Positions 6,122 to 15,942 of a stretch of 32,559 bases of DNA are shown one piece after another. The DNA comes from Candidatus Limnocylindrales bacterium. GTDB lineage: Bacteria > Chloroflexota > Limnocylindria > Limnocylindrales > CSP1-4. How positions within the stretch are numbered: position 1 is the stretch's first letter; the number at the start of each line of letters is the position of its first letter. The position numbers and the translations under genes were made by a program. The notes below the pieces were generated by a model that had not been told where the DNA came from, did not search any database, and saw nothing but the letters and a program-made list of their open reading frames with translations. The DNA is taken from NCBI GenBank assembly GCA_031292335.1, contig JARLHH010000173.1, positions 1-32,559 of the forward strand, in the 5' to 3' direction.

Positions 6122-7395
6122 GGCCCCCGGTCCTGCGTGAGCGTGCGAATACCGACCGCGTCGGCCGGCGAAGTGTACACCCGGGGTAGGCGCGCAGCCA
6201 TCGTGGCAAGCACCTCCCAGCTGATCGTGGCGCGCTCGCGCGCCACCTCGCCGGCGGTGATCCGCTCGGCACCTTGCTCGCCGAGGAGGACGAACTCGTC
6301 ATCGGGCGTGACGGGCGGTCCGCTCACGTCCGTGACGTCGGCCATCACGGCGTCCATCGCGACCGTCCCCACGAGCGGCACCCGGGCGCCACGAACGAGC
6401 GCCGTCGCGCGGTTCCCCAGGGCGCGGATCCAGCCGTCGGCGTAGCCGACCGGCAGCGTCGCGATCCGGCTGGGGCGCGCCGTCACGAAGCTGGGCCCGT
6501 ACCCCACGCCCTCCCCGGCGGGCAGCTCTGCGACGCGGACCGGTCGGGCGTGCAGCGAGAGGACCGGCCGCAGCGCGGCGCTGATCGCGCTCGCCGCCCT
6601 CCCGATCCGGAGCCCTTCCGGTTCGATCCCGTAGAGCGACAGGCCGACCCGAACACCATCGAAGATCGGCGCGGTGCCGGCGACGAACCGCTCGACCCCG
6701 AGCAGGCCACCCGAGGCCAGGAGGTGGCGATGCGGCACCGGCAGCCCCGCCGCAACCAGGGCCTGCACGGCGGCCCTGAACCGATCGACCTGGCGGGCGG
6801 TCCGGACCGTGTCCTCGGGCGCCTGGAGATGCGACCACACTCCCTCGAGACGTGCGCCTGGAACGCCGGCGAGCCCGCGCGCTGCCGCGATCGCCTGGTC
6901 CGGCCGCAGGCCGTCGCGGCCCAGCCCGGTCTCGAGGCAGATGTGCACCACCAGGTCGCCCAGCCGACCGTGGGCGCGTCGCCCGGACCGGGTGTAGGCG
7001 GCCAGGCCCCGCGCCCAGAGGAGGTCATCCCCGGCCGCCAACGAGATCCGGGCTCGGGCAGCCGCGCCGAAGCCGTCCGGCGGAATCGGGAAGAGCACGA
7101 GGATCGGCGCATCCAGGCCGGCCGCGCGGAGCTCGAGCGCCTCGTCCAGCGTCGCGACGCAGAGCCCGTGCGCTCCGGCGGCCAGCGCGGCATGCGCGAC
7201 CGGCACGGCCCCGTGGCCGTATCCGTTGGCCTTCACAACGGCCTCGAACAGGGCGCCGGGAGGCAGCGCCGCCCGGATCGCCCCGATGTTCCCGGCCAGC
7301 CGTCCAAGGTCGATCTGCAGCCAGGCGGTGCGCGGCAGCGGCGGGAGCCCGGCGGCACGCAGACGCTCCTCGATCGGCGCCGCAGGGTCGGTCAT
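6061..7395 (-). CDS. alr: Alanine racemase
   Basis: The PLP-lysine motif AVVKANGYGHGA is present, along with PVGYADGW, VGTVAMD and a near-terminal RLPRVY. ATG at 7395 overlaps the nnrD stop (ATGA). The upstream part of ORF 6061..7572 is Arg-rich junk. The frame stays open 36 aa beyond RVY and overlaps the macro gene by 61 nt. Confidence 0.9.
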   Translation of the reverse strand: MTDPAAPIEERLRAAGLPPLPRTAWLQIDLGRLAGNIGAIRAALPPGALFEAVVKANGYGHGAVPVAHAALAAGAHGLCVATLDEALELRAAGLDAPILVLFPIPPDGFGAAARARISLAAGDDLLWARGLAAYTRSGRRAHGRLGDLVVHICLETGLGRDGLRPDQAIAAARGLAGVPGARLEGVWSHLQAPEDTVRTARQVDRFRAAVQALVAAGLPVPHRHLLASGGLLGVERFVAGTAPIFDGVRVGLSLYGIEPEGLRIGRAASAISAALRPVLSLHARPVRVAELPAGEGVGYGPSFVTARPSRIATLPVGYADGWIRALGNRATALVRGARVPLVGTVAMDAVMADVTDVSGPPVTPDDEFVLLGEQGAERITAGEVARERATISWEVLATMAARLPRVYTSPADAVGIRTLTQDRGPWQTSRSGTATSATSRWTRS

Positions 7396-8396
7396 TCGGC
7401 CGGGTGCCCGAACCCGAGCCTTCCGGCCCCTGCCCGCCGCGCGACGTCGACCGCCAGGCGGTGGCGGGCGCGGGCGATCTCGTAGGGAAGGTCGCCCGCC
7501 AGCAGCCCGGCGTCCCCGACGCGGTGCCGCACGGCCTCGCCGGCCATCCCGTGGAGCTGCACGCCCAGGCACGCGGCCGCGTACGGGGCGAGGCCCTGGG
7601 CCAGCAGGCCGCCGATCGTCCCGGCCAGGACGTCGCCGGTGCCGCCGGTCGCGAGCGCGGGGTTCTCGAACGTTGCCACGGCCGCGGCACCGTCCGGGGC
7701 CGCGATGACGGTGTGGGCGCCCTTCAGGACCACGACCTGGCCCCAGGCGTTCGCCGCGTCGCGGGCAGCCTCGAGCCGCGCGGCATCATCGCCGGCGAGG
7801 TCGCCGTCGGCCCCGCCGGCAATCCCCCCCGCCGCTCGCAGACGGCCGAACTCTCCGACGTGCGGCGTGAGGACGCACGGCCGGATCACGCCCTCCCACC
7901 AGCCGTCCTCGGCCGCCAGCGAGCGGAGCGCCTCCGCGTCGACCACGGCAGGCGTCGCGTCATCCTCGACGCGCGCCGCGAGGATGCCCCGGATCAGCGC
8001 GGCCGACGCCAGCGACGGACGCAGGCCCGGCCCGACGACCAGGGCATCGTGCTCGTGATCGAGGATCCGGGCCAGGGCGGGCACCGGGTCGACCTCCTCG
8101 ACGTCGTCCTCCTCGAGCGCCAGGGTGGTTGCCTCGACGACCTTCGCCGCGAACAGCGGCTGCAGGGATTCGGGCACCGCGAGCGTGACGAGACCGGCTC
8201 CGACGCGGCCTGCCGCCCGGCAGACGAGCAGGGCCGCCCCCGCATAGTCGAGCGAGCCGGCCATGACGAGGAGCTTGCCGAAGGTGCCCTTGTGGCCGCG
8301 GCCCGGCCGCTCCGGCAGGAGCAGGCCGGCGCTCCGCTCGTCCAGGCGAGTCGCGTCCGGACGTCCGGGCCCGGAGTGGATCGGCTCGTCAGGCAT
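7392..8396 (-). CDS. nnrD: ADP-dependent (S)-NAD(P)H-hydrate dehydratase (YjeF C-terminal / carbohydrate-kinase-like domain only)
   Basis: 334-aa ORF containing GHKGTFGKLLVMAGSLDYAGAALL, LTPHVGEFGRL, VVLKGAHTVIA and ATGGTGDVLAGTIGGLLAQG, the YjeF_C signature. No N-terminal epimerase domain is present. Confidence 0.85.
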   Translation of the reverse strand: MPDEPIHSGPGRPDATRLDERSAGLLLPERPGRGHKGTFGKLLVMAGSLDYAGAALLVCRAAGRVGAGLVTLAVPESLQPLFAAKVVEATTLALEEDDVEEVDPVPALARILDHEHDALVVGPGLRPSLASAALIRGILAARVEDDATPAVVDAEALRSLAAEDGWWEGVIRPCVLTPHVGEFGRLRAAGGIAGGADGDLAGDDAARLEAARDAANAWGQVVVLKGAHTVIAAPDGAAAVATFENPALATGGTGDVLAGTIGGLLAQGLAPYAAACLGVQLHGMAGEAVRHRVGDAGLLAGDLPYEIARARHRLAVDVARRAGAGRLGFGHPAE

Positions 8397-8937
8397 GGCG
8401 GTCTCCCTCCTTCACGCTCGCGGCGAGCGACGCGGCCTCGCGTCCCAGCCCGCGAAGGCGGTCCATCCGGCGGACCAGGGCCGCCTCGCGCTCCCCCAGC
8501 CGATCCTCGATGTCAGGCGGGAAGACGTAGCGGCCGCCCGCGGTCCTGACGCCGAAGGCGATGGCGAGGGCGTACTCACGCTCGTGGGTGATGCTGACCG
8601 CGATCCGCGCCAGCCCCAGCTGGTCGGCCCGGGCAGCCGCCCGCCCGTGCAGGAGGACGGCCGGCTGGCCGGTGGGCAGCCGCTCGATCTCGATATCCAG
8701 CCAGCCGATCCCGCGCACGCCGAGCCCGAGCACCTTGCTCACCGCTTCCTTGGCCGCCCACCGGCCGGCGAGCGTCTCGGGGCGACCGCGCACGTAGCCT
8801 GCCTCCCGCTCGGTGAGCACGCGCCGGACGAAGCGATCGCCGAAGCGCGCCAGGGCCTCGCGGATCCGCTCCACGCGGATGATGTCCAGCCCGAGCTCGG
8901 CGGTGCCGTCGGGAACCCGGGGGTCCGGGGTGGCCAT
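8389..8937 (-). CDS. acpS: Holo-[acyl-carrier-protein] synthase (4'-phosphopantetheinyl transferase) with a ~50-aa C-terminal extension
   Basis: Contains LGLDIIRVERI...RVLTEREA......LAGRWAAKEAVSKVLG...SITHEREYALA, which is AcpS-like. The protein is 182 aa, against the usual 120-130. Its stop overlaps the nnrD start by 8 nt. Confidence 0.85.
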   Translation of the reverse strand: MATPDPRVPDGTAELGLDIIRVERIREALARFGDRFVRRVLTEREAGYVRGRPETLAGRWAAKEAVSKVLGLGVRGIGWLDIEIERLPTGQPAVLLHGRAAARADQLGLARIAVSITHEREYALAIAFGVRTAGGRYVFPPDIEDRLGEREAALVRRMDRLRGLGREAASLAASVKEGDRHA

Positions 8938-8940
8938 CCG

Positions 8941-10770
<1,830 letters not shown>

Positions 10771-10818
10771 GCCGTCGAGAGCCTCCGTCGCGCCAACCGG
10801 ACCTCGATGGCCGCGGGG

Positions 10819-12150
10819 CTAGTTTAGGCGGTCGCGCGCGAGCGCCGCGAGCTCGTCCGCGAGCGCCGCCACGAGCTCCGGGTCGGGGCCTTCCACCATG
10901 ACGCGCAGGGCGGGCTCCGTGCCGGACGGGCGAACGAGGATGCGCCCGCCGAGCGGCAGCCGGGCCTCCGCGGCGACGATCGCCCGCCGCAGCTCGGGAT
11001 CCGCCTCCCACTGTTCCTTGTGGCGCACGTGGATCGCGCGCTGCTCCTGCGGGAAGAGCGGGATCCGGGCGGCGAGCTCGTCGATCGGCCGGCCGACGCG
11101 GCCGATGATGCCCAGGACCTCCAGGGCGGTGACCAGGCCATCGCCCGACGTGGCGTGGTCCCGGATGATCACGTGACCGCTCTTCTCGCCGCCGAGGTTC
11201 GCGCCGGTCACCTGCATCCCGTCGAGGATGTACTTGTCGCCGACGGGCGTTCGGACGACCTGCCCGCCGAGCGCGCCGAGCGCGGACTCGAGGCCGCCGT
11301 TGGAGAGGACCGTGACGACCAGGATGCCGCCGTCGAGCGCCCCGCGGGCCAGCCGATCCAGGGCACACAGCCCGAGCAGCTGGTCGCCGTCGACGACCTG
11401 CCCATGGCGATCCACCACCACCAGGCGGTCCGCGTCGCCGTCGAGCGCGAACCCCAGGTCGGCTCCCCTGGCGGTGACCTCCCGGGCGAGGTCGGCGGGC
11501 GCCGTGGCGCCGCAGCGAACGTTGATGTTCTCCCCGTCCGGATGGTTGTGCAGCACGTCGACCCGCGCGCCGGTTGCAGCCAGGATCTCGGGGGCCGTCA
11601 CGCCGCCGGAGCCGTTCGCGCAGTCGAGGACGAGGTGCAGGTCGCACGGCGTCGCGGCGGCGAGACGGAGGCGGTCGGCCCGGTAGCGATCGACGAGCGC
11701 GGACGCCTCGAACAGCCGTCCGATGCCGCTGTTCCGCGGGCCGCCCAGCTCCTCGGTCCGCCAGATGAGCTGCTCAAGCCGGTCCTCCTCGGCGTCGTCC
11801 AGCTTGAGGCCCCGCCCATCGAGCACCTTGAGCCCGTTGTCGTCGGCCGGATTGTGCGAGGCGGACACCATGATCCCGGCGGAGAACGACTCCGTGCCCG
11901 CCAGGAAGGCAAGCGCGGGCGTGGGGAGAACGCCCGCGTCGTGCACGTCGGCCCCCAGGCTGGCGGCGCCGGCCGCGATGGCCGCCACGAACATCTGGCC
12001 CGAGCGGCGCGTGTCGCGGCCCACGACCAGGCTCCCGCCGAGGTTGACGAGCTCATGGGCGGCTGCCCTGCCCAGCGCATAGGCGACCGTGGGCCGCAGG
12101 TCCACGTTGGCGACGCCGCGAATCCCGTCCGTCCCGAAGAGCCGGCCCAT
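10819..12150 (-). CDS. glmM: Phosphoglucosamine mutase
   Basis: 443-aa ORF starting MGRLFGTDGIRG. It has the phosphoserine loop SASHNPADDNG, the metal loop DGDADR and the motif GGEKSGH. Confidence 0.96.
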   Translation of the reverse strand: MGRLFGTDGIRGVANVDLRPTVAYALGRAAAHELVNLGGSLVVGRDTRRSGQMFVAAIAAGAASLGADVHDAGVLPTPALAFLAGTESFSAGIMVSASHNPADDNGLKVLDGRGLKLDDAEEDRLEQLIWRTEELGGPRNSGIGRLFEASALVDRYRADRLRLAAATPCDLHLVLDCANGSGGVTAPEILAATGARVDVLHNHPDGENINVRCGATAPADLAREVTARGADLGFALDGDADRLVVVDRHGQVVDGDQLLGLCALDRLARGALDGGILVVTVLSNGGLESALGALGGQVVRTPVGDKYILDGMQVTGANLGGEKSGHVIIRDHATSGDGLVTALEVLGIIGRVGRPIDELAARIPLFPQEQRAIHVRHKEQWEADPELRRAIVAAEARLPLGGRILVRPSGTEPALRVMVEGPDPELVAALADELAALARDRLN

Positions 12151-12152
12151 GA

Positions 12153-13412
12153 TCAGGGCACCCCGGGCGGAATCGTCGCCGGTGGCGGCGTGGTGAGGCT
12201 GGCTGGGGTCACGGTGAGGCTGACCTCGGCGGGTGACAGCGCGTCAACGGTCAGGCCGGGGGGCGGGCTGACCTCCGGGAAGACGATCTGCGTGCCCGGC
12301 CCGAGACCGGCGACGTCCACGCTCGCAACAAGCGTGGACGCATCCAGCGCGTTGAGCACCGCGAGCGGGCCGCCCAGGGTGACGATGATCTGCCCGGTGG
12401 CGAGACCGTAGCCGGTCGCCGGGTCGGCGTTGACCAGTGTCACGCCCGCCTGGAACGACCGCGTGGCGAGCTGCGGGCGGATCGACACGGTCACCCGCAC
12501 CGTGGTGACCCCCAGGGCCGAGACGCCGGGGGGGAGGTTGAGCCCGACGTCGGCGACGACATCGGCGGTCGCGCCGGCGATCGAGACCGGTTTCGTGTCG
12601 ATGTTCACGAGCGGCGCGAGCAACGCCGAGCCCGCCTCGACCGTCACGAGAAGCGGCGCTGCCTCCACGCCGGTGACGACCGCCGAGGCATCCGGGCTGC
12701 CGCTCACGACCGGGTTGACCGGAAGGGCGCGCGTGGACAGCTGGCTGCCGATCTGGATCGTCACCCGGACGGAGCTCGGCTGCAGCTCGATCGTCGGGAC
12801 CACGTCGCCGCGCGCATCGACGGCGATGAGGTCCACGGCCTGGTTGATGTCGATCCCGGAGGGCTGGATCTGGACCCGGGCCTGGGCCGCCGCCACGAGC
12901 ACCACAGACGACTCGGGACCGGTCACGGTGACGGTGTCCTGGGAGACGACCGGCTCGCGGACGTCCAGGCCGGCCGGCACGGTCCCGTGGTCGACCTGCA
13001 CCGGGACCGTCTTGCTGACAAGGGGATCGAGCCGCACCTGGATCCGCGACGGGCTGAAGTCGATCACCTGGATGTTGCTGGGATCCGTCGCCCGGACGAT
13101 GACCGGCACGCTCACGGGCGGCGATCCGGCGGCCACCGGCACCCCGGACAGGTCGATCGTCGCGCTGAAGCTGGCGGTCGTGACGGCCGGCCGGTTCGTC
13201 CCGATGGCGAGGTACCGGATCGAGGTGACGTCGTCGAGGTTGCCGATGATGAAGGCGTTGCTCGGCTGGTTCAGCACCTGGATGGGAATGTGGCCGGGGA
13301 ACGTCTCGGCGCTGGCCGACACGATCAGGCCCACATAGAGGAGCGCGGCGAGAAGAATCGCCGCGAGCTTCAACGGCCAGTTGCGGAAGACGAAGCCGAC
13401 GGCGCGACGCAC
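12153..13412 (-). CDS. cdaR: CdaR / YbbR-domain regulator of diadenylate cyclase
   Basis: GTG start at 13412. It has an N-terminal TM helix (WPLKLAAILLAALLYVGLIV) followed by repeated beta-rich YbbR-like modules (V.V.V......V.....P..V.V.GP). Its position between cdaA and glmM matches the B. subtilis cdaA-cdaR-glmM operon. Confidence 0.8.
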   Translation of the reverse strand: MRRAVGFVFRNWPLKLAAILLAALLYVGLIVSASAETFPGHIPIQVLNQPSNAFIIGNLDDVTSIRYLAIGTNRPAVTTASFSATIDLSGVPVAAGSPPVSVPVIVRATDPSNIQVIDFSPSRIQVRLDPLVSKTVPVQVDHGTVPAGLDVREPVVSQDTVTVTGPESSVVLVAAAQARVQIQPSGIDINQAVDLIAVDARGDVVPTIELQPSSVRVTIQIGSQLSTRALPVNPVVSGSPDASAVVTGVEAAPLLVTVEAGSALLAPLVNIDTKPVSIAGATADVVADVGLNLPPGVSALGVTTVRVTVSIRPQLATRSFQAGVTLVNADPATGYGLATGQIIVTLGGPLAVLNALDASTLVASVDVAGLGPGTQIVFPEVSPPPGLTVDALSPAEVSLTVTPASLTTPPPATIPPGVP

Positions 13413-13417
13413 GGCGC

Positions 13418-14392
13418 TCAGCGGCCCGCTCCCGCCGGCGCCTGATCCGTGTCGTCGCGCGGCTCGACAACGACCGGCTTGGGCTCGGTCGCCTGGCGCA
13501 CCGCGCGCCCGCGATCGCCGAGCGCCGCCCGGCGCAGGGCCCCGGGACCGAGCGGGATGGACCCGCCACCGGGGCGCGACGGGATGCGCCCGAGGAACCC
13601 GGACCCCGCGGCGCGCTCCGGTACCACCGCCGCGACGATCGCGCGCGCGAGCTCCGCCTCGTCGAGGTTGCGGCGAATGCGCGCCCGCTCCACGATGCTT
13701 GCCTGGCCGGTCTCCTCCGAGACGACGACCACCAGGGCGTCCGTCTGCTCCGTGATCCCGAGGGCCGCCCGGTGCCGTGTCCCGAAGCGCTCCGCGCCGA
13801 GCGTGGTCTCGGAGAGCGGGAGGACCGCGCCCGCGGCCAGCACGGACGCGCCGCGGATGATCACGGCGCCGTCGTGGAGCGCCCCCCGCGGCGTGAAGAT
13901 CGCCTCCAGGAGGTCGGCGGAGAGATCACCGTGAACCATCACGCCGGTCTCGGCGATCTCTTCCAGGCCGGTCTCCCGCTCGATGACGATGAGGGCGCCG
14001 AACCCCGCGCCGGCCAGGTTGGTCGCGGCACGCGCGACGGCCCCGGCCATCTGGTCGGCCGCTCGCTGGTCGGCAGGCGAGGCGAGCCAGGCAAACGAAC
14101 CGACCCGCCCGATCCGATCGAGGGCTCGACGCAGCTCGGGCTGGAACACGACCACGAGCGCGAAGGCCCCGACCACGGCGCCGGCCTGGAGGAGCTGGGT
14201 GAACAGGCGCAGGCCGACGGCCTGCGCGGCTGCGTAGATCGCCAGGATCACGCTCACGCCCACGACGAGACGGACCGCGCTCGTGCCCCGGATCAGGCTG
14301 AACAGCCAGTAGATGACGAGCGCGGTGATCCCGATGTCCGCGAGCGTGATCGGTCGGACCTGTCCGAGCAGCGACTCGAGGAGCTGCGACAT
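13418..14392 (-). CDS. cdaA: Diadenylate cyclase CdaA (DisA_N/DAC domain, membrane-anchored)
   Basis: 324-aa ORF with three predicted N-terminal TM segments. The DAC motifs ALHDGAVII and GTRHRAALGITE are present. A ~55-aa low-complexity C-terminal tail follows. Confidence 0.9.
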   Translation of the reverse strand: MSQLLESLLGQVRPITLADIGITALVIYWLFSLIRGTSAVRLVVGVSVILAIYAAAQAVGLRLFTQLLQAGAVVGAFALVVVFQPELRRALDRIGRVGSFAWLASPADQRAADQMAGAVARAATNLAGAGFGALIVIERETGLEEIAETGVMVHGDLSADLLEAIFTPRGALHDGAVIIRGASVLAAGAVLPLSETTLGAERFGTRHRAALGITEQTDALVVVVSEETGQASIVERARIRRNLDEAELARAIVAAVVPERAAGSGFLGRIPSRPGGGSIPLGPGALRRAALGDRGRAVRQATEPKPVVVEPRDDTDQAPAGAGR

Positions 14393-14401
14393 CGTCCGCT
14401 G

Positions 14402-14410
14402 AGTGTAGCA
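14402..14410 (-). promoter_or_regulatory. Candidate extended -10 element (TGcTACACT) for cdaA, implying a very short or absent leader
   Basis: The minus strand reads ...ccggTGcTACACTcagcggacgATG. The -10 hexamer ends 9 nt before the cdaA ATG at 14392. There is no convincing -35 element and no clear Shine-Dalgarno. This is pattern match only. Confidence 0.3.
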
Positions 14411-14524
14411 CCGGTCCCGGCGACCTCCGCCGATCCGCGAGGGCCGGCCCCCATGGCCGACCGTGTCAGCCCGGTGCCATCGGCACTGCGGGCACTCGGC
14501 GGACCGCTGGGACGCGAGCCGATC

Positions 14525-15472
14525 TCAGGTCGGGGCGAACCGGGGATCGTCCGGGAACGCCGCCCGGGCGGCGGCGGCCACGCGCTCGTGGGTCGCCGGA
14601 TCGCCATCGATCTCGGCGAGCCGCAGGAGGCTGCGGTAGGTGTCCCCGGCCGGTCCGACCGCGCCGCGCTCCAGCGCCAGCTCCGCGATGAGCAGGTGGA
14701 GGCCGACGTCGTCGGGGCCCGAGCCCAGGCCGCGCGTGCACGCGTCAAGCGCGGCAACCGGATGGTTCGCGTCGCGGAACGCGTGGGCGGCGGAGATCGC
14801 TGCCGTGACCGCGCCGGGGGCGTCACCGCGGGCGGCCGCTTCCTCCGAGGCAAGCAGGAACGCCTCGCCCTGCCTGGCGGGATCGGGCGGCGCGGTCCGG
14901 GCGACGGCCGGCTCGGGCGGGGCCGGCTCCGGGGATGTGGCCGGTTCCGCGGGCAGCGGCTCGCCCTGGGCGGGCTCGGTCTCCAGGTAGCGCAGCGCCC
15001 GGGCCAGGGCGCGTTCCGCCTCCGCCGCGCCGACCGCCTGGCGGAGCTCGTCGGCCAGCTCCTGGTAGCGCTGACGGCGCGCCGCCGTCGGCTGAATCTC
15101 CAGGGCACGCCGAAGCGCGTCGCCGGCATCGGCGTGCCTGCCGGCGGTCCGGCGCGCATCGGCGAGCGTGTCGAAGGTCGCCGCCGCATCGTCAGGCCGC
15201 TCCAGCACGACCAGCGCCTGGGCACGGCCCAGGAGCGCGGCATCGTCGGCAGGTGCCAGGGCCAGCGCCTCATCGAACGTGGCGAGCGCCTGCTCGGGCT
15301 GGCCGAGCCGGAGCTGGACGGAGCCGAGCGCCGTGCGAGGCACGGCCCGATCGGCGGCGAGCAGCGCCGCCTCGCGGTACGAGGCTGCCGCGTCCTCCAG
15401 CCTGCCCCGCAGGACAGCCACGTGCCCGGCCCGCAGGACCTCCCGGTAGCGATCGAAGAGGGAGTCGCTCAT
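14525..15472 (-). CDS. TPR-like repeat protein, 315 aa, function unknown
   Basis: Helical Ala/Leu/Arg-rich repeats with TPR-like periodicity (e.g. LGQPEQALATFDEALALAPADDAALLGRAQALVVLERPDDA). A central Pro/Glu-rich linker reads EPAQGEPLPAEPATSPEPAPPEPA. A GAGGAG lies 13 nt upstream of the ATG. GC3 is high. Confidence 0.6.
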   Translation of the reverse strand: MSDSLFDRYREVLRAGHVAVLRGRLEDAAASYREAALLAADRAVPRTALGSVQLRLGQPEQALATFDEALALAPADDAALLGRAQALVVLERPDDAAATFDTLADARRTAGRHADAGDALRRALEIQPTAARRQRYQELADELRQAVGAAEAERALARALRYLETEPAQGEPLPAEPATSPEPAPPEPAVARTAPPDPARQGEAFLLASEEAAARGDAPGAVTAAISAAHAFRDANHPVAALDACTRGLGSGPDDVGLHLLIAELALERGAVGPAGDTYRSLLRLAEIDGDPATHERVAAAARAAFPDDPRFAPT

Positions 15473-15500
15473 CGCGCGCGGCGAGCTCCTCGAGCCAGGG

Positions 15501-15522
15501 CTGGCGCCCGGCCGGGCGCCAG
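15501..15522 (-). terminator. GC-rich perfect hairpin 5 nt downstream of the rpsI stop (possible U-tract-less terminator or attenuator)
   Basis: CTGGCGCCC-GGCC-GGGCGCCAG forms a 9-bp perfect stem with a 4-nt loop. No U-run follows. The next ORF begins 28 nt downstream. Confidence 0.4.
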
Positions 15523-15527
15523 GAAGT

Positions 15528-15926
15528 TCAGCGCTTCGTGTACTGCGGCGCCTTGCGGGCTCGCTTCAGGCCGTACTTCTTGCGCTCCTTCATCCGCGGA
15601 TCGCGGGTGAGGAAGCCCGCCTGGCGGAGCGGGACGCGGTTGGCCTCCGGGTCCACCATCAGGAGGGCCCGGGCGATGCCGTGGCGGATCGCGCCCGCCT
15701 GGCCCGTCACGCCGCCGCCCTCGACCTTGATCAGGGTGTTGAAGCGACCCTCGGTGCCGGTCACCCGGAACGGCATGCGCAGCTCGCCCTCGGGGATCGC
15801 GTTGCCGAAGTGCTGGTCCAGCGACCGGCCGTTCACGACGATCTCGCCCTCGCCGGGGATGAGGCGAACACGGGCGACGGCGGTCTTCCGGCGCCCGGTC
15901 CCATGAAAGAAGGACGGGATGGTCAT
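15528..15926 (-). CDS. rpsI: 30S ribosomal protein S9
   Basis: 132-aa ORF containing [12 protein letters not shown] and ending in ...RKAPQYTKR, the S9 signature. Confidence 0.97.
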   Translation of the reverse strand: MTIPSFFHGTGRRKTAVARVRLIPGEGEIVVNGRSLDQHFGNAIPEGELRMPFRVTGTEGRFNTLIKVEGGGVTGQAGAIRHGIARALLMVDPEANRVPLRQAGFLTRDPRMKERKKYGLKRARKAPQYTKR

Positions 15927-15942
15927 GTGGGCATGCTCCTCG

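Noticed and set aside
10771-10818. A possible glmS ribozyme or riboswitch upstream of glmS.
   Set aside because: The glmM-glmS gap is only 48 nt and is mostly taken up by a GGAGG ribosome-binding region. The glmS ribozyme core needs roughly 150 nt or more.
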